The translations under genes and the position numbers were made by a program. A DNA stretch of 64,000 nt from Bacteroidales bacterium (GTDB lineage: Bacteria; Bacteroidota; Bacteroidia; Bacteroidales; P3): the NCBI GenBank assembly GCA_016283745.1, contig JAEENM010000147.1:23079-87078 (forward strand), read 5' to 3'. Below the pieces are notes generated by a model. The model saw nothing but the letters and a program-made list of their open reading frames with translations. It did no database searches and was not told the DNA's origin. This document shows positions 19,274 through 27,808 of the stretch, one piece after another; within the stretch, counting starts at the first letter, position 1; each line of letters opens with the position of its first letter.

Positions 19274-19999
19274 CTAACTTATAAACCTTTTGTCAAACTG
19301 CTCGTTCTCTTTTTCAATCTCCGACAATGATTTTTCTTTTTCTCCGTCGCTTCCGCTGTTGTCGTTATCATCAAAGGCTTTGGCGATGCTGTTCACGTCG
19401 ATACCGCTCATCGCATTACCGGCACTCTGCAGGTTGCCCGCTCTGCCCATCTCTATGTTGCTCATAGTGTCGAGCTGTCCCAATTTGCCCGTCAAATACT
19501 TGTCTTGGATTGCGTCCTTGCGCTTGGCTCCGGCGGCGGCTATGTTGCTCACGATGTCGGCGTAAGTCTTGTTGTTGCGTTCTTTCTCGGCGGCCACACT
19601 CTCCTCCGTTCCGCCCATCACAGCCTGTCGGCCTTGTGCCGCCTTGTTGCGCTGCTTCATCATCTCAGCGGCGTATGTCAGTGCCGCCTGTGCGTCGGCT
19701 CGCTGTGTGGCATCCTCGTTGTAATTACGGTCGTACCAGTTCTGCAACTCGCGCTCCTTCTGATGCTGATATTGCATAGCCTTGTCGCCTGCCTTGCGTG
19801 CCTTTGCGTTGCTGTAGGCTTTCGTTCCTATGCTTGCGGCTGCGCTGATAAGGGCGGCGATAACCGCGGCTGGAATAGTCATCGTGTCCGCACCCTGCAC
19901 AACTTCATACGTCCACCACGAGGGGCTGAAAACGTTTAACGTGACACCTGCCACAAGTAGAATAGTGGCTATAATACTGAATTTTTGCTGTGATTTCAT
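19274..19999 (-). CDS. Hypothetical phage membrane protein (241 aa, two N-terminal hydrophobic helices, A/Q/K-rich body)
   Basis: Track ORF. IIATILLVAGVTLNVF and IPAAVIAALISAAASIG are hydrophobic segments. First gene of the minus-strand block that leads to the giant ORF and the portal. Confidence 0.7.
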   Translation of the reverse strand: MKSQQKFSIIATILLVAGVTLNVFSPSWWTYEVVQGADTMTIPAAVIAALISAAASIGTKAYSNAKARKAGDKAMQYQHQKERELQNWYDRNYNEDATQRADAQAALTYAAEMMKQRNKAAQGRQAVMGGTEESVAAEKERNNKTYADIVSNIAAAGAKRKDAIQDKYLTGKLGQLDTMSNIEMGRAGNLQSAGNAMSGIDVNSIAKAFDDNDNSGSDGEKEKSLSEIEKENEQFDKRFIS

Positions 20000-20095
20000 T
20001 TCGTTTTTTGTTTAAATTTCGCAACTTATAATCGGTTTGCAAAAATATACAACTAATTTTGCACCGTTAATTTATCTTGCGAAATAATAATAATA
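20000..20095. promoter_or_regulatory. Divergent promoter region (two back-to-back TAnnTTTG boxes)
   Basis: Minus-strand TATTTTTG (plus caaaaata, 20040-20047) faces the 241-aa gene. Plus-strand TAATTTTG (20054-20061) lies 35 nt before the ATG at 20096. Confidence 0.45.
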
Positions 20096-20491
20096 ATGGC
20101 TAAAAAAGGACGTAAACCGAACGATGGACGTGGCAAAACGGGTGGCCGACAAAAAGGCACTCCCAACAAAGACCATCCGTTGAAAACTATACTGCGCCAA
20201 CACTCACAAAACTACTTCGATGTGTGTATTAGAGCCGAAGATGCCGAAGGGAAAAAAGATGAATGGAAAGCCGAACACGCTGGTTGTGTGTTCTCGCAAT
20301 TCGAGCTGGATTTAATGGATATGAAGCCCTCTGACCGCTCAAAGGCGGAGTTGGAGTTACTTACCTATCACACACCGAAAATGTCCGCTATCTCGGCTGA
20401 TATGGCCGTTAAGGATGCCAATTCTACATTTACCAATCGTCTTACTCGTCTTGCGAGCGGAGAGGATGTCTCTGCCCCGGATGAGGAATAA
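20096..20491 (+). CDS. Hypothetical phage protein with a strongly basic N-terminus (131 aa)
   Basis: Track ORF, MAKKGRKPNDGRGKTGGRQKGTPNK.... A small-terminase-like or DNA-binding role is possible but unsupported. Confidence 0.6.
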   Translation: MAKKGRKPNDGRGKTGGRQKGTPNKDHPLKTILRQHSQNYFDVCIRAEDAEGKKDEWKAEHAGCVFSQFELDLMDMKPSDRSKAELELLTYHTPKMSAISADMAVKDANSTFTNRLTRLASGEDVSAPDEE

Positions 20492-20527
20492 GGCAATTTC
20501 TATCTATTCTATTTTTAGAAATTCATT

Positions 20528-20815
20528 ATGACTATATTCGCAACGATATATAACCGCACTTGTGATGCTGTTTGTTTGTTGCTACCCTTGCCGGATGATT
20601 GGATGAAAAGCAAGTGCTACGAGGCTTCGCTGGCAAAGACACTGTTGGTGCATTTGCTGACGTTACAAGGCTTTTCTCGGCGGATGATAGAGTATTATAC
20701 CACTTTGAGTAAAAGCAGCGTCAAACAGTACGCAAACGGCTATGCGGAGAGGATAAAAACGGACAGGACGTTGCGGATATTGGAGTATGAGGCGAGGAAA
20801 GAGCTGGGGCTATAA
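20528..20815 (+). CDS. Hypothetical protein, possible HTH (95 aa)
   Basis: Track ORF. The GFSRRMIEYYTTLSKSSVKQYANG segment looks like a helix-turn-helix. Confidence 0.5.
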   Translation: MTIFATIYNRTCDAVCLLLPLPDDWMKSKCYEASLAKTLLVHLLTLQGFSRRMIEYYTTLSKSSVKQYANGYAERIKTDRTLRILEYEARKELGL

Positions 20816-20821
20816 TACAAA

Positions 20822-21031
20822 TTAACCCTCGTCTGTGATTTGGTAGGGTTTCGGCTGTGGCTGATGTAGTTCTTCGGTCTCGATGTCCACCGCTACCTTG
20901 TCGCCGACGAGCTTTATAAATTCCTCGTTGGCTGTAAGTGTGTCGATTGCCTCTTTGCGAGTTTCGGCGAGGACACAGGCTTGTATCTCATTGCCGTCGG
21001 AGAGTTGGAGGGTGATTAGAAAGGGTTTCAA
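20822..21031 (-). CDS. Hypothetical protein (69 aa)
   Basis: Track ORF downstream of and co-oriented with the XRE regulator. Confidence 0.5.
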   Translation of the reverse strand: MKPFLITLQLSDGNEIQACVLAETRKEAIDTLTANEEFIKLVGDKVAVDIETEELHQPQPKPYQITDEG

Positions 21032-21115
21032 TTTGTTATTATATATATAGTATAATCGGTTACTATTTTATTTTAACCGCTCACGGGGCGGAGACAAAGG
21101 AAATTAAGCTATAGT

Positions 21116-21421
21116 TTAATCGGGTTTCTTTTCGTCGCCCACGGCTTTAATATATAGTTCTATTTTTCCGCCGCAATGAGGGCAACGGGCAAATGGGGTG
21201 TGCAGCACTTCCGGCTGTTCGCTTTCGTCACGCAGTAGTTCGTACAACGACACGCCAAGTCCGTTGGCTATTTTGTCGATAGTCTTTATTGCCGGGTTGC
21301 TGTCGGGACGTAAGGACACGTTAAGCGCAACTTCGCTGATGTCGATTTTCTTTGCAAGTTCTTTTTGTGTAATTCCTTGTAACTTGCACAATGCTTTTAC
21401 TTTAGCTCTTAAATCTACCAT
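21116..21421 (-). CDS. XRE/Cro-CI family HTH regulator with a C-terminal CPHCGG zinc-ribbon-like tail (101 aa)
   Basis: LCKLQGITQKELAKKIDISEVALNVSL...IDKIANGLGVSLYELL is a classic XRE HTH. The C-terminus reads FARCPHCGGKIELY. Confidence 0.85.
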   Translation of the reverse strand: MVDLRAKVKALCKLQGITQKELAKKIDISEVALNVSLRPDSNPAIKTIDKIANGLGVSLYELLRDESEQPEVLHTPFARCPHCGGKIELYIKAVGDEKKPD

Positions 21422-21695
21422 AATCTACTTTAATTTTGTTTTGCAAAGATACAACTTTTATTGTAATTTTGCAAATTTTCTTTGCAAAAACCTTTAATTT
21501 TATACTTTTATTGCAATTTTCTAATGTTAAATTACAAATAATCGTAATTTATAACACTCTTATTTTGTTTTACTTATAATTTTATAATGTTAAACTTTAA
21601 TTTTAAACGAAATATTATTTTGTCGGATTAAAAATAAATCGTAATTTTGCAGTGTTGAATTAAAACAGAGTTTAATTTTTAAAAAAATAATAGAT
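21422..21695. promoter_or_regulatory. 274-bp AT-rich divergent control region with three pairs of direct repeats and TAnnTTTG boxes
   Basis: Minus-strand box TATCTTTG (plus ttgcaaagatac, about 21442-21453) lies just upstream of the XRE ATG. Plus-strand boxes TAATTTTG occur at about 21463 and about 21641. Repeats: ACTTTTATTG(T/C)AATTTT x2, TAATGTTAAA x2, AATCGTAATTT x2. Confidence 0.55.
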
Positions 21696-21923
21696 ATGAC
21701 ACACGAAGAATTGAAAAACAAAACTTGGGTACGCAGAGCCAGCGGCTACAACTGCTACTATGTAGAAATGATGTATCAAGGTCAGATTTGGTCTTGCAAG
21801 TCGAACAACTCCCTCGCTTGGGACTGCTTGGAGGAGAAAGGGTATTACACCCCGAAGCAGGCTTTGATGGCTTTTCGAGACGAGTGTATGCAGAAAAATC
21901 ATATAGGTAAATACGAATATTGA
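21696..21923 (+). CDS. Hypothetical small phage protein (75 aa)
   Basis: Track ORF, first of six co-oriented, closely spaced small genes. The overlapping minus ORF 21672..22118 looks like a shadow. Confidence 0.6.
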   Translation: MTHEELKNKTWVRRASGYNCYYVEMMYQGQIWSCKSNNSLAWDCLEEKGYYTPKQALMAFRDECMQKNHIGKYEY

Positions 21924-21953
21924 ATAATAACCCCCCAAAAAAACATTAAGACA

Positions 21954-22238
21954 ATGGCACAATACACTAAAGAAGTAGAATTTGAGTTTGGCGGTTTCCG
22001 CTTCACTCCCAAAGGACAATTCAAAGATTACGGCATTAAAGAGAACAAAGACGAGTTTAAGAATATCGCAACTCGCCTCGACTACTCGCACGTCATAACA
22101 CCGGCCAACTACGAACACAGCGAATTTTACAAGGCCGCTGGCAATATCTCAGATGATTTATTTGTGGCCTCGGATGGTCGCCTTTATTGCCCGACTGACA
22201 AAAATTTAGTTTGCTTCAGACAAGATTATAAACAATAA
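21954..22238 (+). CDS. Hypothetical small phage protein (94 aa)
   Basis: Track ORF in the plus-strand accessory block. Confidence 0.6.
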   Translation: MAQYTKEVEFEFGGFRFTPKGQFKDYGIKENKDEFKNIATRLDYSHVITPANYEHSEFYKAAGNISDDLFVASDGRLYCPTDKNLVCFRQDYKQ

Positions 22239-22272
22239 AAATAATAGTAACAATATAAAAAACATTAAGACA

Positions 22273-22614
22273 ATGAAACGTATAGTAATTATCGGAGCCA
22301 TGATTGCGGCGATGTTCGCAACGGCTCAAGCACAGGACACAAAAAAAACTTTCACCGTTGAGGGCAACACCTACCACGCTGTGAAGGCACAACGCAACAC
22401 CGGCAGGCAGGACACCACCGTTACGGCCTACACCTACGAGGTGAAAGGCACGGAGTACCCCATCGTGCTGTCGAAAAACGGCAGTGCATTTGTAGGCCGC
22501 ACAAGCAAAAAGACGGGCAAATACTACCGACAGTACTTGGGCGAGGAGATTAGCCGCGACATCTGCAACAAGATGGGCAGAGAATACAAGGGTAAATCAA
22601 AATCAACTAAATAA
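22273..22614 (+). CDS. Secreted small protein (113 aa, signal peptide)
   Basis: MKRIVIIGAMIAAMFATAQAQD is a typical Sec signal. Confidence 0.65.
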   Translation: MKRIVIIGAMIAAMFATAQAQDTKKTFTVEGNTYHAVKAQRNTGRQDTTVTAYTYEVKGTEYPIVLSKNGSAFVGRTSKKTGKYYRQYLGEEISRDICNKMGREYKGKSKSTK

Positions 22615-22628
22615 AGGAGGGCAGGACG

Positions 22629-22868
22629 ATGAGACAGAACCACGTTTTAAAACTGAAAGCACAATATCCCGAACATTTGTTTTTGCTCCAGCTTGGCGAC
22701 AGATATTTCGCCAAAGGCGAGGACGCTGTAAAGGTGGAGCAGGCCGCAGGTGATAGGAAACTCGGCTATTACAAGCAGTCGGTTTATTTCGCCCAGTACG
22801 CACTCCGGGACATTGTGGAAAGACTTGTCCGCAAGGGTAACAAAGTAGCAATAGTAACACCATTATAA
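22629..22868 (+). CDS. Stand-alone MutS domain-I-like protein (79 aa)
   Basis: VLKLKAQYPEHLFLLQLGDRYFAKGEDAVKV...YALRDIVERLVRKGNKVAIVTP aligns by eye with the MutS N-terminus ([31 protein letters not shown]...[17 protein letters not shown]). Confidence 0.65.
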   Translation: MRQNHVLKLKAQYPEHLFLLQLGDRYFAKGEDAVKVEQAAGDRKLGYYKQSVYFAQYALRDIVERLVRKGNKVAIVTPL

Positions 22869-22881
22869 AATAGATATAGTT

Positions 22882-23130
22882 ATGACAAAACAAGAATTTG
22901 AAAAAATGTCGGCAATGGCCGTAACCGAGAAAGAATTTGAGTGGATAAACGACATGTTTTTCCTCACCGACAACACCGTAGGCGAAGAAGATTTTTGCCA
23001 GCAGTTCGCCCGCCTCAATCTGATTAACTTCGTCCGCGCGACGATACAATCCTTCGAGAGCTCGTTGCATTACGAGAAAGAGGTGGAACACCTGAACGCA
23101 AAACTGCGCATGATTAAAGCAATGTTCTGA
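22882..23130 (+). CDS. Hypothetical small phage protein (82 aa)
   Basis: Track ORF in the plus-strand accessory block. Confidence 0.55.
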   Translation: MTKQEFEKMSAMAVTEKEFEWINDMFFLTDNTVGEEDFCQQFARLNLINFVRATIQSFESSLHYEKEVEHLNAKLRMIKAMF

Positions 23131-23178
23131 ACGAAACGGGCGGGGGTAGCTCCCCGCCTCTTTAAACACGTCTGAAAA

Positions 23179-23406
23179 ATGAATAAGTATCGTTATCAAG
23201 TTTACAACTACGACAAGCCCGCCGTGTGGTACACCGTTGATTGCAAGGTGGTGGGACAGACGGACAAGTCGTACAAGATAAAGCTCCTTGCACACGGAGT
23301 AAGAGGCCGCAAGTTCGGCGATGAGATATGGGTGCAGAAGAAATTCGTGAGCGTACCCGACATCCCTCCCCGGGTGGACTGCTCGGGTGCTTGGTGGCAC
23401 GACTGA
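23179..23406 (+). CDS. Hypothetical small phage protein (75 aa)
   Basis: Track ORF, last gene of the block, followed by a hairpin terminator. Confidence 0.55.
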   Translation: MNKYRYQVYNYDKPAVWYTVDCKVVGQTDKSYKIKLLAHGVRGRKFGDEIWVQKKFVSVPDIPPRVDCSGAWWHD

Positions 23407-23412
23407 ACGACA

Positions 23413-23439
23413 AGGCGGTTTTACGACCGCCTTTTTTTA
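23413..23439 (+). terminator. Rho-independent terminator of the plus-strand accessory block
   Basis: 7-bp stem AGGCGGT / ACCGCCT, loop TTTACG, then a T-run. Confidence 0.7.
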
Positions 23440-23440
23440 T

Positions 23441-23474
23441 GCAAAAAAGCCGAACGTTCCACTACGTCCGGCTT
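23441..23474 (-). terminator. Rho-independent terminator of the minus-strand 946-aa gene
   Basis: Minus strand reads AAGCCGGACG-TAGTGGAA-CGTTCGGCTT followed by TTTTGC. Convergent with the previous terminator. Confidence 0.6.
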
Positions 23475-23518
23475 AATAATAACATTAAAAACACTAAAAT
23501 TATGGAAGAAAAAAATTG

Positions 23519-26356
23519 CTATCTCAGCTTGTCGGTGTGCCTTGCCTTTGCCTCTATGCTCGCCCCGTGCAGCGAATGCTCCGCCGTGAGGTTGGTGATG
23601 GCGGCGATGCGGAAATACTTGTAGCCCGTGCCGTGGATGTGCCGCAGGAAGTTGTCGGTGCTGGAGCCTACAAGGTGCCAGTTGATGAGGTCGCGGGAGC
23701 CGTACAGCACCGTGGCCACCTCGCCACGGGCGAAGAAACCTCGCTGAATGAGGGTCTTAATCTCTTTCAGCGTGTCGGACGCGCCGAGCTTTATCGGACG
23801 TGTTACCATTAGGCCGGTCTTGGGCGCGGTGTTTTCGACACCATTAAACGACACGACTGCCAGAGTGTTTGATTTGTCGTTTGGCATCGACACCGCCAAA
23901 GTGTCGGGATATGTTGTAACCGAGTATTGAAAATAACTCTGAATCGTACCCCATTTTTTCGATTTCATCGAATACAAATAACTGTAGGGAAATATAACAC
24001 CATTCTTGTCAGTACTAAATATCAAGATATGTTTGTGTCTATAGTTGTACAGCATTTTGCTTCTTGTTACAAAATCGGGAAATGGTACCATGTTTACAAA
24101 ATTAGTCGCTCCACTGCCGCTATGTTGTAACATATCGCAAATCACATCGAATTTTGGATAGTTGGATGCCAAAAACGCCTTATCTGTGTTGATTGTGTCG
24201 GTTATACTTTGTGTGCTGCTGCCCGACAAAAGCATTATACCGTTGGCTGTGCCGAATAATACAGCTTGGTCTATTGGTAAAACACAATCGGGATTTACAA
24301 GTATATCGCGCGAAACAGGATGACACGACGAATATGTGCCTGTTGATGAAACCGCCAGTGCCCAAACACCATCGGTGCTGAAAACATACAATGGAAATTG
24401 TCCGAATTGTCCCTGCGACAACGCCGTGGTTGCGGAGCATACACTCATAATTGACCCCACACCAACGGTTGTAATACCTAAAACGGGAAAATACATTGGA
24501 TTTTCAACCTCGGACACATATATTTTATTTGTCCGTTTATAACTCTTGTCAGTGCTTGCTGCCGGTTCCTCGCTTATTGTAATACATGTCTGTTCGGCGA
24601 AGTTGCTAAAATAATATGCACCGTTGAGAAGGCCGTGAGGTTTGAGCGGCAATTCCACTTTCACAATATCATTGCCATTTGTGCCGACAAACTCGGCTTT
24701 ATATGCGTCTTTGTCGGGATAATAGAAAAATGGAATCTTGCACCCTGTGCCAGTCCATGTGTCCATGCCCATGACGCTTTTTTGCTCCTCGACAATGATA
24801 GTGCCTTTGTCTTTCTTTACATAAACAAATATTTTGTCCGCTACAAATGCGGATGTTGTATCGTCTTGAAAAACATAGTCAGGCGTTCCTTGTGTGGTTT
24901 CGGATGTTTCAAAAACTTTGTCCAACTGGCTTGCGCCATAATAACCATCCATTAGCTGTGAACTAATATTGTATAGATGCATGCGACTATTATATACGTG
25001 TCCGCCTTTGGCAGCAATGGTATTGTGGCTGTCGTAGTCATCTGGCAAGGTTGTCCTTGTTGTCAAAGAACTTAAAATACCTTTTTCTATCTCTATTTTT
25101 TTGAAAGATTGCTGTTGAGTTGGTACATATTCCGCGAGTTCTTCGAGTGTAAAACTTTTTACCAAATAGAAAGGTGGTATATCCTCTATATCTTTTGTAA
25201 AGTCGCGAGGGGGAAGCTCTACTATGTTGTTTGGTAAATTGTAGCCTGTTTTAGTTTTATACGTTACCAAAGTGTCACGCATACCGTAGCCAGTTAGCAA
25301 ATCATACAAGCCGGGGCGGAGTTGATAATTACCCGCAACATTCAACTGCGAATATAAACCTTTTGATTGCAGATTTTGGCGCGTTATATATCGCTCTATC
25401 GTGCCACTTTGGTTGTAGGTGTACATAGGGGATGTGACAAAGATGTCAACAGAATATATTATTTCTTTGTATGAGAGCAAATTTACAGGAAGCTCCGCTT
25501 TCATCCATATATCTCCAACAATTAAATAAATATAATCCCTTTCGGAACATATGCCGTAGTCAAAGCCTGTGTTTGCGTTTGCTGAACGACTATTTAGACT
25601 GTTAAAGACAAGTGGGTTCATGCCAGTCGCGGGCAACATCAGTACTGGTGCGCTATGGGCGACATAAGAGCCATCAAATAGTCGAAAAGCATATCGCAGA
25701 AAGAAAGGTTGATAAAATCTGCTTTCATTAACTGCTTTTTTTACGACAAAATCATTTACTGCTCCCATCAACTTGTCTGTAAATGATTTTCTCATCGAGG
25801 AATCGTCCAAAAAATCGTTGGAATCTATTATTGTTGGAGAGGTTGAGCCGAAACCATTTATTGGGGTTGTCCATGAAAGATTTATACCTTCGCTTGTATT
25901 TTCAACATCGCACCTTAAACCAAATGTGAGTTTTATATCAGGCCAACCCTGCGGTATGGCTTTGTAGTTGCTCTGGTCACCGTCCCATAATAAGTAAATG
26001 GTATATCCAGTGTATAAGCAAACCAACATATTGCCGAAAGGTATTATGTCGGTCAAGTTCTCGCTTGTAAGGTTGCTTATTGTTTGGCTTACTGTAAGGT
26101 CTGCTTCGTCAAGAAAAGAAACAATTTTTGAAGCATTGTTATCGTTGGCTAAAATATAGTGTGTAAAGTTGGCTGTTTTGTGGATACATAATAGGCGTTC
26201 AGTCTTGCCGATTCTAAATATTTCTTTCGGCTCTGGTATAGGCTTCAACGCCCCGTCCTCGTGGATGAGGTTGAGGCTCACCTCCAAATCGCCGTCGGGT
26301 GCGCTGTAGTCGTCGGGGATGGCTGTCTGCCCGTTGTATTTAACTTCCTGTACCAT
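23519..26356 (-). CDS. Large hypothetical phage protein (946 aa from the MVQEVKYNGQ start), beta-rich, no catalytic motif seen
   Basis: The track ORF extends to 26743, but that extension overlaps the VRR-NUC gene in another frame and is P/R/A-rich junk. The ATG at 26356 is preceded by a TATCTTTG box. Confidence 0.75.
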   Translation of the reverse strand: MVQEVKYNGQTAIPDDYSAPDGDLEVSLNLIHEDGALKPIPEPKEIFRIGKTERLLCIHKTANFTHYILANDNNASKIVSFLDEADLTVSQTISNLTSENLTDIIPFGNMLVCLYTGYTIYLLWDGDQSNYKAIPQGWPDIKLTFGLRCDVENTSEGINLSWTTPINGFGSTSPTIIDSNDFLDDSSMRKSFTDKLMGAVNDFVVKKAVNESRFYQPFFLRYAFRLFDGSYVAHSAPVLMLPATGMNPLVFNSLNSRSANANTGFDYGICSERDYIYLIVGDIWMKAELPVNLLSYKEIIYSVDIFVTSPMYTYNQSGTIERYITRQNLQSKGLYSQLNVAGNYQLRPGLYDLLTGYGMRDTLVTYKTKTGYNLPNNIVELPPRDFTKDIEDIPPFYLVKSFTLEELAEYVPTQQQSFKKIEIEKGILSSLTTRTTLPDDYDSHNTIAAKGGHVYNSRMHLYNISSQLMDGYYGASQLDKVFETSETTQGTPDYVFQDDTTSAFVADKIFVYVKKDKGTIIVEEQKSVMGMDTWTGTGCKIPFFYYPDKDAYKAEFVGTNGNDIVKVELPLKPHGLLNGAYYFSNFAEQTCITISEEPAASTDKSYKRTNKIYVSEVENPMYFPVLGITTVGVGSIMSVCSATTALSQGQFGQFPLYVFSTDGVWALAVSSTGTYSSCHPVSRDILVNPDCVLPIDQAVLFGTANGIMLLSGSSTQSITDTINTDKAFLASNYPKFDVICDMLQHSGSGATNFVNMVPFPDFVTRSKMLYNYRHKHILIFSTDKNGVIFPYSYLYSMKSKKWGTIQSYFQYSVTTYPDTLAVSMPNDKSNTLAVVSFNGVENTAPKTGLMVTRPIKLGASDTLKEIKTLIQRGFFARGEVATVLYGSRDLINWHLVGSSTDNFLRHIHGTGYKYFRIAAITNLTAEHSLHGASIEAKARHTDKLR

Positions 26357-26376
26357 GCTGTGCGGTTTTAGACGTG

Positions 26377-26384
26377 CAAAGATA
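26377..26384 (-). promoter_or_regulatory. -7 promoter box TATCTTTG upstream of the 946-aa gene
   Basis: Plus strand caaagata, 21 nt upstream of the ATG at 26356. Same octamer and nearly the same spacing as the box before the portal-like gene. Confidence 0.5.
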
Positions 26385-26436
26385 CGCAACAAAAACCACA
26401 GTACATTGTTATGTTGCGAAAAGAAACGACAGCTTT

Positions 26437-26784
26437 TCATTGTAGATAGTTTTCGATTTCGGTCTTGAACTGGATAAAGTCCCGGACAACCACGTACTTG
26501 TTGGGTGCCTGTTCGGTGGCTTGTTGCCATTGCTTTTGGCTGTCGCTCTGCCGTCCTTTGTCCGTTTTCATCTCTATGCACAGGCAGCCGTAGCCGTGGC
26601 GCGGGAGCAGCAGGAGCAGGTCGGCCACTCCCGCCAGCATACCCTCGGCTTTCAATATCCTGCCTTGCGTGGCACTTGTACGCACTCCGTTTGGCACCGC
26701 TATTAGCAGCTGGGCGTGTTGTGGGTACTGGTAGCGAAACCACCGGACGCAGGCTTGTTGCAGGTGGCTTTCTTCGTGTCTCAT
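26437..26784 (-). CDS. VRR-NUC domain nuclease (115 aa)
   Basis: LIAVPNG...AEGMLAGVADLLLLLP...CLCIEMKTDKGRQSDSQKQW follows the PD-(D/E)xK pattern of VRR-NUC proteins. ATGA overlap with the upstream gene. Confidence 0.8.
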   Translation of the reverse strand: MRHEESHLQQACVRWFRYQYPQHAQLLIAVPNGVRTSATQGRILKAEGMLAGVADLLLLLPRHGYGCLCIEMKTDKGRQSDSQKQWQQATEQAPNKYVVVRDFIQFKTEIENYLQ

Positions 26785-27212
26785 TTTTTTTCTCCTTTTA
26801 TCTCTAACCAGCTAATAGGTATTGTAGCTATTAACCGATTACACCCATTTGTTATCATTCTGCTTTCTTGTGCTTCTTCAGGGGTGTCATAAACCACTTC
26901 ATCTATTATTCTTCTTTCGCCTGCACGGAATATTACATTTATCCAACCTGAACACTTGACTTGTTGGAGGTACAAGTCATAAACATCGTGTTTGTTTTTG
27001 CCCTCGGCGGTAAACCTTTCAACGATGTCTATGTTTTTGCTGTGTATCACTCCAACAATAGGGTCGCAGCCCCGCAGGTCATACTCCAATATCTTTACAG
27101 GCGCACCTTCCTTTGTTACTACTTCGGCGCCGGCCTTTGCTGCCTCTATATCGAAAGGCATTAGTCCAACAATTTCCTGTTTCATTTCTTTGAAAAATAG
27201 TTTTTTAGTCAT
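26781..27212 (-). CDS. Hypothetical phage protein (143 aa)
   Basis: Track ORF, co-oriented and tightly packed. Confidence 0.65.
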   Translation of the reverse strand: MTKKLFFKEMKQEIVGLMPFDIEAAKAGAEVVTKEGAPVKILEYDLRGCDPIVGVIHSKNIDIVERFTAEGKNKHDVYDLYLQQVKCSGWINVIFRAGERRIIDEVVYDTPEEAQESRMITNGCNRLIATIPISWLEIKGEKK

Positions 27213-27247
27213 TGATTTGCGTTTGGATGGTCTAATATTCGAGGTTT

Positions 27248-27808
27248 TTAGTTGTTATCGCTCTTTGGTCTTATCGTTGTCGGGCGACCTCGGTAGTTGT
27301 AGATTTTCTTCTCGAAGCCCTCACGTCGCAACAGGCTCGTGAGTATCGCCATATCGCCCTTTGCGGTGTTCTCGAACGCCACGGGAGCCACCACGGGATA
27401 AACTTTTTTCCCGTTCCAATAAAGCAACCCCCACTTGTCGGGTAATTCTTCTTTGGTGATAACGCCTTCGGGACACAGATACCATCTATATTTTCCTGCC
27501 TGCATACCCATTTCGGCACTCTCGTCGCCCCTGCACCACTTTCTCTTGTCGGCGAGGAAGTCGGCGTGGGAGGTCTTCACCTCAATCACGACGCTGTCGC
27601 CGAAACTCCCCAACCCCCATACGTCGGTCTGCTCGCTTTCCCACGTGCATAACTCCACGGCTACGTAGTCGCATTTTATACACCTCCCGCAAGCCTCCGT
27701 CCTATAACAAGGCTTTTCAGGGCATTTGTTGAAGTCGTGCTTCCGGCGGTGAAGCCATTTCGCCCCCTCACAACAAAGGGTGTAGTGTAATGAATTTGTC
27801 TTACTCAT
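27248..27808 (-). CDS. MmcB-like PD-(D/E)xK nuclease family protein (186 aa)
   Basis: YVAVELCTW...DVWGLGSFGDSVVIEVKTSHADFLADKRK shows the D...E-x-K core with a trailing S-x-x-DF, as in MmcB-like proteins. Cys-rich N-terminus. Confidence 0.6.
   Translation of the reverse strand: MSKTNSLHYTLCCEGAKWLHRRKHDFNKCPEKPCYRTEACGRCIKCDYVAVELCTWESEQTDVWGLGSFGDSVVIEVKTSHADFLADKRKWCRGDESAEMGMQAGKYRWYLCPEGVITKEELPDKWGLLYWNGKKVYPVVAPVAFENTAKGDMAILTSLLRREGFEKKIYNYRGRPTTIRPKSDNN

Noticed and set aside
20096-20491. Calling the 131-aa basic protein a small terminase subunit
   Set aside because: Only a basic N-terminus supports this. There is no adjacent large terminase and the gene is oriented away from the portal block. 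It is left as hypothetical.
21672-23413. Minus-strand ORFs 21672..22118, 22603..23400 and 23162..23413 opposite the small plus-strand genes
   Set aside because: The sequences look like junk (C/H/F/L/R-rich). The plus-strand ORFs carry a signal peptide, a MutS-I-like match, regular spacing and a terminator.
26357-26743. N-terminal extension of the tracked 1,074-aa ORF (MVSLPVPTTRPAANSG...)
   Set aside because: It overlaps the well-supported VRR-NUC gene in another frame and is P/R/A-rich. A TATCTTTG promoter box lies inside it, just upstream of the internal ATG at 26356.
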